Shown here piece by piece: positions 30,561-39,141 of a stretch of 64,000 bases of DNA (its first letter is position 1; each line of letters begins with the position of its first letter). Location of the stretch: assembly GCA_963675755.2 (NCBI GenBank), contig CAXXMD010000002.1:1920001-1984000 (forward strand), given 5' to 3'. Both the position numbers and the translations under genes were made by a program. The stretch is from a bacterium (lineage in GTDB: Bacteria; Zhuqueibacterota; Zhuqueibacteria; Residuimicrobiales; Krinioviventaceae). The notes under the pieces were generated by a model. It did no database searches and had not been told where the DNA came from. It saw only the letters and a list, made by a program, of their open reading frames with translations.

Positions 30561-33500
30561 GTGAATACAATACAAAAAATATGTCTGTTTATCTTGTCGA
30601 TTGTTTCAATAACACTATCTCAAGACATTCAAATTCAATGGTCAAAAGCATATGATTATAAAAAGGGTAATTTCATTGACTTTGCTCATGATGAAGGTTT
30701 TGTTTTCACCCTCTATTATAATTATTATGAGGGGGAAATTATAAAAATAGATGACCAAGGCGCTGTACAAGATGTTTGGCTCTCTGATCCTGCTTTTGAA
30801 GACCAGGAGTATTATCATGTACAAAAATGCACTGAAGGCTATATAGCAGCCGGCTTTATAGAGCTGGATGATTCAAATAAAATGATGGCAATATTAAAAA
30901 AACTTGACAATCAGGGCCGACAGGAATGGGAAAAATTCTATTATCATGATGATGTTTCGGAAAATGACTATACCGATGGCTATCATGTTGACAACTATGG
31001 CATATTGGTCAAACAAACACGTGATAAAGGTTACATTCTCTTATGTGAAGAAATAGAAGATGATGGCAAATGGGGTATCGACAAAGACTTTTGGTTAATA
31101 AAAACAGACCCATATGGGGAAAAAGAGTGGGATTATAGGATTTGGGCTGATTACAGTTTTGTCGATGCTGCCCGAGCAATACATCAAACATCTGATGATG
31201 GTTATATTATCGCTTATAACGACAGTGATGACGAATTTGGCCATCTGCTCCGGTTTACTGCAGACGGCCGGAAAATCTGGGAAAAAGAATATAAAGAGTA
31301 TATAAGATACGCTTTACCAACAGAGGATGGTGGAAACATTATATGCGGTAGCAAATTTTTAAAAAAGGTAGACCAAAATGGAGATGAAATATGGGAAAAG
31401 ACTATACAATATGAATCATTAAAACCTTATTTAAATAACATGACAAAATTGGATGACAATAGTTATTTATTGTGTGGGGTGGTTTGGGATTCAGACACGC
31501 AATCACGAAAAGGCTGCTTAATCAAAACGGACAACCTGGGTAATAAAATATGGGAAAAAACATTTACTGAATTTGATGATTTATATCAAGTTTTACAAAT
31601 TTCTAACAATGAATTTATTTTATTCGGTGAAAAAAAAGAATATGTAACGATAGTAAAAATCAAGGTAAACGCTCAGCAAGATCCCACAACATTTGAATTA
31701 TTAAACCCTGTAAACAATAAATTGGGGGTTGGTACCCAGCTTGTTCTGGATTGGACCAGCATTGCCAATGCGTCATCATATCTCCTTGAATTAGATGATA
31801 AAAGAGATATGTCAAGTCCCCTCATTTCAAAAACAATAACAAACAGTTCAAATTGTATTATTAAAGATTTATCTGATTCAACACAATATTACTGGAAAGT
31901 CAGGGCCCAATTCCCGGATGGATCAGGTTATTGGACAGAGACCAGCACCTTTACAACAATGCCTCCTCCACATATCGAATTTAATGGACCGGATGGTTAT
32001 TACTTTTCATATGTGGACGTTGGAGATCAATACTATACAGACAGAGAGTATACAATAACAGGATTTCCAAATCAATTGAATAATTGTTTATGGATCAAAA
32101 CCCGAAACAGTGAAAAGTATATAACCGATGATAATTACATTCAATTTCAGTTAAAAAGAGATGCAACCGTCTATATCGCTTATGACAACCGGGCCAGCTC
32201 TGTTCCTCATTGGTTATCATCAAATTTTGAGCAAACTGAATACACTATTGAGAATTCTGATGAAGAAAGTAATTTTACTGTTTGGAAGGGCCGGTTCCCG
32301 GCAGGTGATGTAACATTAGGGGCCAATTCGGCAAGCGGAGCAGAGGGTGTACAAACAAATTATGTTGTACTTGTAGATATACCGATACAGATGCTTGACC
32401 CAAGAAACAACAAAACAGGTGTTGGGAATGATGTAATCTTGAGCTGGGAACCTCTGGGCAATTTCGGGACATATGATATACAACTCGGTGAAGATCAGGA
32501 CATGTCAAATCCCTTAAATAATAATACCAACATAAAGCGTACCAGGAATAGTATAAGAGACTTGGATTATAATAAAGACTATTACTGGAGAGTCAAAGCT
32601 CACAATCGTGACGATGAGGATGCCTGGTCCCAAACGCAAAAGTTTCATACAATGGATGAACCGCCAGTTGAAATAATTACAAGCTGGTATAATCCTGTAT
32701 TTGCCTGGCTTGAAGAAAATGATCAATACTATATTGATCGAAATGATGTAGTTCTTTCCCTCCCGGATCAGTTGAAAAATTCATTATGGATTAAAACAGC
32801 TAATAATGATGCACAAAACACTTTTAATTATTATAATCTGCGTCTTCGATTTGAAAAAGAAGCAACCCTCTATGTGGGTTTTGATAAAAGGGCGACATCC
32901 CTGCCAACCTGGGTAACAGATCATTATAGCAATACCGGCTTGACCATAAAAGTTTCGGATGAAGCAAATGAATTAAATATATGGTCCAGAAATGTAGAAA
33001 AAGGCGAAATCAAGTTGGAGGCAAACATGGCGGAAGGCGGTGAAAATATCAAAAGTCATTATGTCGTTTTAATAGACACCAACCAGGTACAGACCCTTTC
33101 TGCAAATTTCGGTTCAGATGTAACAACGGGAGTGCTACCGTTAACCGTCAGTTTCTCAGACAGTTCTCAAGGCTTAATCACAGCATGGTTATGGGATTTT
33201 GGTGATGGCGCAACCTCTACAGAACAGAATCCTTCCCATACCTATGAAAACAGGGGAATCTATACCGTTAGCCTGACAGTCAATAATCAATACAGTTCTG
33301 ATACAACTATAAAAGAAAATTACATTACCGCATACGAAACAGCGCCGGTGGCTAAATTCGGTTCAGACAAAATATCAGGATATCTGCCATTGACTGTCAG
33401 TTTCTCCGACAGTTCTCATGGGATTATCGAATCTTGGGCTTGGGATTTTGGTGACGGGACAACATCAACAGAACAGAACCCTTCTCACACCTACGAAAAC

Positions 33501-34133
33501 ATGGGCAGCTATACTGTCAGCCTGACAGTCAGTAATCAAGACAGTTCTGATACAATGATAAAAGAGAATTACATAAAAGCATATATTGTACCGCCAACTG
33601 CTAACTTTGGTGCGGATGTAACTAATGGCCTACTACCGCTAACCGTTAGTTTCACCGACAGTTCGCTGGGTGAAATCGACTCCTGGTTGTGGAAATTTGG
33701 AGACGGACTCACAAGCACAGTGCAAAATCCAAAGCACATGTACACATCTGGCGACTCTTTTACGGTATCACTTTTTGTGAGTGGGCCCGGTGGATCAAAT
33801 ACAATGGTCAAAACAAATTATATTTTAGTGGACCATCAAACATCCATTGACGACATGGCCGGGATACCGGAAAAGTTCGATTTACTGCCCAATTATCCCA
33901 ATCCATTCAATCCGCAAACCACAATCCGGTTTGCGGTACCGCAAAAATCACATGTAACATTAACAGTATTTGACATAAACGGAAAACAAATAAGCAATTT
34001 GTTCTCCGGGATTAAAAATCCGGGACATTATGCTATAACCTGGAATGCCTCAGGCTTTTCATCCGGTATGTATTTCATCAAAATGGATACGGACACCTAC
34101 TCTTCTGTTAGAAAATGTATCTTGGTTAAATAA
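30561..34133 (+). CDS. Secreted multidomain protein, array paralog 6 (type B, 3 PKD)
   Basis: Same architecture; 15-bp spacer. Confidence 0.9.
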   Translation: MNTIQKICLFILSIVSITLSQDIQIQWSKAYDYKKGNFIDFAHDEGFVFTLYYNYYEGEIIKIDDQGAVQDVWLSDPAFEDQEYYHVQKCTEGYIAAGFIELDDSNKMMAILKKLDNQGRQEWEKFYYHDDVSENDYTDGYHVDNYGILVKQTRDKGYILLCEEIEDDGKWGIDKDFWLIKTDPYGEKEWDYRIWADYSFVDAARAIHQTSDDGYIIAYNDSDDEFGHLLRFTADGRKIWEKEYKEYIRYALPTEDGGNIICGSKFLKKVDQNGDEIWEKTIQYESLKPYLNNMTKLDDNSYLLCGVVWDSDTQSRKGCLIKTDNLGNKIWEKTFTEFDDLYQVLQISNNEFILFGEKKEYVTIVKIKVNAQQDPTTFELLNPVNNKLGVGTQLVLDWTSIANASSYLLELDDKRDMSSPLISKTITNSSNCIIKDLSDSTQYYWKVRAQFPDGSGYWTETSTFTTMPPPHIEFNGPDGYYFSYVDVGDQYYTDREYTITGFPNQLNNCLWIKTRNSEKYITDDNYIQFQLKRDATVYIAYDNRASSVPHWLSSNFEQTEYTIENSDEESNFTVWKGRFPAGDVTLGANSASGAEGVQTNYVVLVDIPIQMLDPRNNKTGVGNDVILSWEPLGNFGTYDIQLGEDQDMSNPLNNNTNIKRTRNSIRDLDYNKDYYWRVKAHNRDDEDAWSQTQKFHTMDEPPVEIITSWYNPVFAWLEENDQYYIDRNDVVLSLPDQLKNSLWIKTANNDAQNTFNYYNLRLRFEKEATLYVGFDKRATSLPTWVTDHYSNTGLTIKVSDEANELNIWSRNVEKGEIKLEANMAEGGENIKSHYVVLIDTNQVQTLSANFGSDVTTGVLPLTVSFSDSSQGLITAWLWDFGDGATSTEQNPSHTYENRGIYTVSLTVNNQYSSDTTIKENYITAYETAPVAKFGSDKISGYLPLTVSFSDSSHGIIESWAWDFGDGTTSTEQNPSHTYENMGSYTVSLTVSNQDSSDTMIKENYIKAYIVPPTANFGADVTNGLLPLTVSFTDSSLGEIDSWLWKFGDGLTSTVQNPKHMYTSGDSFTVSLFVSGPGGSNTMVKTNYILVDHQTSIDDMAGIPEKFDLLPNYPNPFNPQTTIRFAVPQKSHVTLTVFDINGKQISNLFSGIKNPGHYAITWNASGFSSGMYFIKMDTDTYSSVRKCILVK

Positions 34134-34148
34134 TATTTGGGGAAAACC

Positions 34149-37100
34149 GTGAACACAATAAAAAACGTATGCCTGTTTCTTTTTTTGAGCGTTTCAATAG
34201 CACTATCTCAAGACATTCAAATTCAATGGGCAAAAACATATGATTATGAATCTGATGGACACTTTATTTTTACATATGATGAAGGACTTTTTTTCATAAC
34301 AGGTGGTGAAGAAATTGTCAGTATTGATAACCAGGGCGCTGAGCAAAATGTCTGGTCGCTTGATCCTGATCATAAATATGAATACATGGGTGATATTGTA
34401 TTTAAAAAGTGCAATGAAGGATATATAATAACAGGTTCGATTCGTCTTGAAGATGAAAACAAAATCAAGGTATTGCTGAAAAAACTTGACAATCAAGGGC
34501 AGCAGGAATGGGAAAAACTCTTTTTCAAAGATGATTATATTAGTGATTATGATGAAGAAGAAGCAAACGTTTCCGTTAACAACTATGGTGGATTTGTCAA
34601 ACAAACACGCGACAATGGTTACATTCTATTTTGTAAAGGATTAGAGTCTGACAGTTTTTATTTCGACGGCTACATGTGGATAATTAAAACAAACCCATAT
34701 GGGGAAAAAGAATGGGACTATAAATTTGGCACTTTTGGCCACCACATAGCATTACATCAAACATCTGATGATGGTTATTTAGTGGCATATAGCAAGCACG
34801 ACGACTATGATGGCGATACTGACCATCTGCTCCGGTTAACACCAGATGGAAAAAAAGAATGGGATTATACATTTAGCACTGACAGGGACGTTAAATCAAT
34901 ACAGCCAACATCTGATGATGGTTATCTTGTCGCTTATAACCGTGATAACGATTCCGGCAATCTGCTCAGGTTAACAGCAGATGGTCAGGAAGTCTGGGAG
35001 AAAAGTTATAAAGAGTTATTAGGATACACCAAACCAGCAGACGATGGCGGATTCTATATATACGGTAACAATCATTCAAAGGATAACCCTGCATGGGATA
35101 CCATATATTTGAAAAAAGTAGCTGAAAATGGTGATGAAATTTGGAAAAAGACTTTTCAAGGTGATATGTCATATGCCTGGTTTTACAACATGATTAAATT
35201 GGATGACAATGGTTACCTGTTATATGGTCATTTTTCAGAGTTTGCTTGGCATACAGGACAAAAGGGCTGGTTAATCAAAACGGACAATTCAGGTAATAAA
35301 ATATGGGAAAAAACATTTACAAGCATTAATAGCATAACTCAAATTCTAAAAATTTCCCCAAACAAATTTATTTTAGCAGGGCATAAAGACGGTTATAAAA
35401 CTATAATTAAAGTCCAGGAAACCACTGAAAATTCCACAACATTTGAATTATTAAGCCCTGTAAACAATAAATCGGGAACTGGAACTCAACTTGTTCTGGA
35501 TTGGACCCCTGTCGATAACGCTTCATCATATCTTGTTGAATTAGATGATAATAGAGACATGTCAAGTCTTGTCATCTCAAAAACTGTATCAAATGAATCA
35601 AACTGCATAGTAGATGGTTTATCCTATTCTACACAATATTATTGGAAAGTCAGGGCACAATTCCCGGATGGATCAGGTTATTGGACAGAGTCCGGCACAT
35701 TTAAAACAATGCCTCCTCCACACATAGAGTTTAATGATAAAGAATACAATATGTCTTATGTGGATGCTGGCGATCAATATTACACGGACAGAGAGTATAC
35801 CATAACAGATCTACCTGATCCATTAAAAAATTGCCTGTGGATCAAAATCCCAAACAGTGAAAAGTATTCAACAGATGACAATTACATTCAATTTCAATTA
35901 AAAAGAGATGCAACTATCTATATCGCTTATGACAACCGGGCCAGCGCTGTCCCAGTTTGGTTATCATCCGAATTTGAGAAAACCGAATACACCATTGAGA
36001 ATACTGATGAAGAAAGTAATTTTAATGTATGGAAGGGCCAATTTGCAGCAGGTGATGTAACATTGGGAGCCAATTTAGCAAACGGCGCAGAGGGTGTCTT
36101 GACAAATTATGTTGTGTTAATAGATATCCCCACCCAAATGCTTGACCCCAGGCACAACAAAACCGGGATTGGAAATGATTTATACTTTAGCTGGGAACCA
36201 TTGGGCAATTTCGGGCCATACGATATAAAAGTCAGCGAAAATCAGGACATGTCAAATCCCTTATATCATATTACCAACATAGAGTATGCCAGGTATAAAA
36301 TAAGAGATTTAGACTATAATAAAGACTATTACTGGAGGATCAAAGCGCACAATCGTAATGATGAGAATGCGTGGTACCAGACACGAAAATTCCATACAAT
36401 GGATGATCCCAATATTCGTCTCTGGGGGCAACAATGGTATACATTTTCCTGGCTTGAAGAAAATGATCAATATTATAATGACCGGAATGATGTGGTTCTT
36501 TCTATCCCTGATCCGTTAAAAAATTTATTGTGGATTAAAACAGATAATGATGATGCAGCTAATGATTCTAACGATCATCTGGAATTTAGATTATATTATA
36601 ACGCAACCCTCTATGTTGGTTTTGATTCAAGAGCTACATCCCTGCCAAACTGGGTAACAGATGATTTTAGTAATACCGGTTTGACCATAACCGTTTCTGA
36701 TTCGGCAAAAGAATTAAATATATGGTCAAAAAATTTCAATAATAGCTGGGTCGCATTGGGATCTAATATGGCCAAAGGCGCTGAAAACATCAAAAGTCAT
36801 TATGTCGTTTTAATAGATACCAACCAGGTACAACCTATCTCTGCTCATTTTGGTTCAGATGTGACATCAGGTGCACTACCCTTAACCGTTAATTTCGCAG
36901 ACAGTTCCCAAGGCCTTATCACAGCATGGGAATGGGATTTTGGTGATGGAACAACCTCTACAGAAAAGAATCCCTCCCATACCTATGAAAATACGGGAAA
37001 TTATTCGGTGAGTTTAACAGTACACGCACCAGACAGCTCTGACACAATCATAAAAGAAAATTACATTACAGTTAAAAATGTGATAGCAAATTTCAGTGCA

Positions 37101-37619
37101 GATGTGACCACGGGGCAAGCGCCACTCACTGTGAGTTTTACCGACAGTTCGCTGGGTGAAATTGATTCCTGGTTATGGAAATTTGGTGACGGACTCACAA
37201 GCACATCACAAAATCCTACACACGTGTACACATCTGGCGACTCGTTCACCGTATCGTTATTTGTGCGTAATTCCAGTGGATCAAATACAATGGTCAAATC
37301 GAATTATATAATAGTTGACCACCCAACATCCATTGACGATATGGCCGGGATACCGGACAAATTCGATTTACTGCCCAATTACCCAAATCCATTCAATCCG
37401 CAAACCACAATCCGGTTTGCAGTACCGAAAAGGTCATTTGTAAAATTAACTATATATGATATCAACGGAAAGCAGGTCCAGAACTTATTCTCCGGCACCA
37501 AAAATCCGGGGAATTATGCCATCACATGGAACGCCTCAGGCTTTTCTTCCGGCATGTATTTCATCAAAATGAATACGGACACCTACTCGTCTGTTAGAAA
37601 ATGTATGCTGGTCAAATAA
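34149..37619 (+). CDS. Secreted multidomain protein, array paralog 7 (type A, 2 PKD, one extra propeller blade)
   Basis: Start moved to GTG 34149 (MNTIKNV) by analogy with the other paralogs and the 15-bp spacer. Confidence 0.9.
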   Translation: MNTIKNVCLFLFLSVSIALSQDIQIQWAKTYDYESDGHFIFTYDEGLFFITGGEEIVSIDNQGAEQNVWSLDPDHKYEYMGDIVFKKCNEGYIITGSIRLEDENKIKVLLKKLDNQGQQEWEKLFFKDDYISDYDEEEANVSVNNYGGFVKQTRDNGYILFCKGLESDSFYFDGYMWIIKTNPYGEKEWDYKFGTFGHHIALHQTSDDGYLVAYSKHDDYDGDTDHLLRLTPDGKKEWDYTFSTDRDVKSIQPTSDDGYLVAYNRDNDSGNLLRLTADGQEVWEKSYKELLGYTKPADDGGFYIYGNNHSKDNPAWDTIYLKKVAENGDEIWKKTFQGDMSYAWFYNMIKLDDNGYLLYGHFSEFAWHTGQKGWLIKTDNSGNKIWEKTFTSINSITQILKISPNKFILAGHKDGYKTIIKVQETTENSTTFELLSPVNNKSGTGTQLVLDWTPVDNASSYLVELDDNRDMSSLVISKTVSNESNCIVDGLSYSTQYYWKVRAQFPDGSGYWTESGTFKTMPPPHIEFNDKEYNMSYVDAGDQYYTDREYTITDLPDPLKNCLWIKIPNSEKYSTDDNYIQFQLKRDATIYIAYDNRASAVPVWLSSEFEKTEYTIENTDEESNFNVWKGQFAAGDVTLGANLANGAEGVLTNYVVLIDIPTQMLDPRHNKTGIGNDLYFSWEPLGNFGPYDIKVSENQDMSNPLYHITNIEYARYKIRDLDYNKDYYWRIKAHNRNDENAWYQTRKFHTMDDPNIRLWGQQWYTFSWLEENDQYYNDRNDVVLSIPDPLKNLLWIKTDNDDAANDSNDHLEFRLYYNATLYVGFDSRATSLPNWVTDDFSNTGLTITVSDSAKELNIWSKNFNNSWVALGSNMAKGAENIKSHYVVLIDTNQVQPISAHFGSDVTSGALPLTVNFADSSQGLITAWEWDFGDGTTSTEKNPSHTYENTGNYSVSLTVHAPDSSDTIIKENYITVKNVIANFSADVTTGQAPLTVSFTDSSLGEIDSWLWKFGDGLTSTSQNPTHVYTSGDSFTVSLFVRNSSGSNTMVKSNYIIVDHPTSIDDMAGIPDKFDLLPNYPNPFNPQTTIRFAVPKRSFVKLTIYDINGKQVQNLFSGTKNPGNYAITWNASGFSSGMYFIKMNTDTYSSVRKCMLVK

Positions 37620-37910
37620 AGTGTTACCCCGGGTAACTTGCCCGGGATTTTCCCATTGACACTTTATCCCGGGTGCGAGCTCCAAGCTATCAACTTGCTA
37701 AAAGCTGACAGCTAACAGCTTTTAGCATATACCTCCATTCAGCTGCCTCACGTTTCATCTACCTACTGAAAACTGACCACTGAATACTGACAACTTTATA
37801 TCGCAAACATTTTTGAATTTTTAAAAACTTTTATTTATTCATATTTATATTTATATTCTAATCTCGATTTATATACCATCAATCCGCATATATTCAATGC
37901 AGGAGTACAT

Positions 37911-39119
37911 TTGAAAAAATTGCTTTTAGCATCATTAATTTTATCATTCTGCATGAACTGCAGCAAGGCAGACAATACCCCGTCCCCAAAAACGGTCAAG
38001 GTTACGGTTGCTTGTTATTATTTCCCCAACTATCATCCTACTGATGCCCGTAACCAAAAACTCAAGGGCGACGGATGGTCTGAATGGGAGCTTGTAAAAG
38101 CAGCCAAATCCCGTTTCCCCGGACATTTACAGCCCAATGTTCCCATGTGGGGATACACGGATGAATCTGATCCTGTGCAAATGGCGAAAAAGATCAATGC
38201 TGCTACAACGCATGGTATTGATGCATTCATCTTTGACTGGTACTGGTTCAATGACGGATCATTTTTAGAATCAGGATTAGACAAGGGCTTTTTACAGGCG
38301 TCAAATAATGATCAGTTAAAATTTGCGCTCATGTGGGCCAATCATGATTGGCTGGATATCCATCCGTACACACGGGGAGAAAAAGCCAAAATCCTCTATC
38401 CCGGCAAGATAAAAAAAGAGACATTCGAGATCATATGCGACCATGTTATCGAATCCTATTTCAAGCACCCCTCCTACTGGAAAATCGATGGTAAACCCTA
38501 TTTCTCCATCTATGAACTCAACAAATTGATGGAAAGCTTTGGCAGCATTGAGGCCACACGTTCGGCATTGGACGAATTCAGGGCCAAAGCCATAAAAGCT
38601 GGCCTGCCCGGAATTCATCTCAATGCTGTAGTCTGGGGACGCTCTATCCTGCCCGGTGAGTCAAAACCTGCAGATGCCGCGGATGTTGTAGAACAGCTCG
38701 GTTTTGACAGCGTCACTTCCTATGTATGGATACACCATGTCCAGTTGCCGGGAATGCAGACAGATTACCCTTACGTACAGGAAGAGTATTTTAAATACTG
38801 GACCAAAGCAGATGCCATGTTTAATGTGCCCTATTTCCCCAATGTAACCATGGGCTGGGATTCGAGTCCCAGGGCAAACCAGGAACAACCATATGGCAAT
38901 TTCGGATATCCGTTTATGCACACCATATCGGGCAATACGCCCCAACGTTTTGAGCAGGCCTTGCTTGCCACAAAAAACCGTGTATTGCAGCAACAAGATG
39001 GACCCAAAATCATCACAATAAATTGCTGGAACGAATGGACCGAAGGCAGCTATCTTGAACCGGATACCCGCAACGGTATGGCATATCTTGAAGCAGTAAA
39101 AAATGTATATAAAAACTAG
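37911..39119 (+). CDS. GH99-like / WbsX-family glycoside hydrolase domain protein
   Basis: YYFPNYH, FIFDWYW, WANHDW, NCWNEWTEGSYLEPD; AGGAG RBS with TTG start; signal peptide. Confidence 0.85.
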   Translation: MKKLLLASLILSFCMNCSKADNTPSPKTVKVTVACYYFPNYHPTDARNQKLKGDGWSEWELVKAAKSRFPGHLQPNVPMWGYTDESDPVQMAKKINAATTHGIDAFIFDWYWFNDGSFLESGLDKGFLQASNNDQLKFALMWANHDWLDIHPYTRGEKAKILYPGKIKKETFEIICDHVIESYFKHPSYWKIDGKPYFSIYELNKLMESFGSIEATRSALDEFRAKAIKAGLPGIHLNAVVWGRSILPGESKPADAADVVEQLGFDSVTSYVWIHHVQLPGMQTDYPYVQEEYFKYWTKADAMFNVPYFPNVTMGWDSSPRANQEQPYGNFGYPFMHTISGNTPQRFEQALLATKNRVLQQQDGPKIITINCWNEWTEGSYLEPDTRNGMAYLEAVKNVYKN

Positions 39120-39141
39120 TATGATTTATTGGAGCCGGAAA

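Noticed and set aside
34137-34148. TTG start for paralog 7
   Set aside because: The conserved 15-bp spacer and MNTIK N-terminus place the start at GTG 34149.
13246-37619. Diversity-generating retroelement acting on the paralog array
   Set aside because: No reverse transcriptase in the window and no TR/VR pair differing only at adenines. The variation includes indels and lies in N-terminal and internal segments.
13246-37619. Shufflon or invertible cassette locus
   Set aside because: All copies are complete, co-oriented genes with their own RBS and signal peptide. No recombinase or inverted crossover sites were seen.
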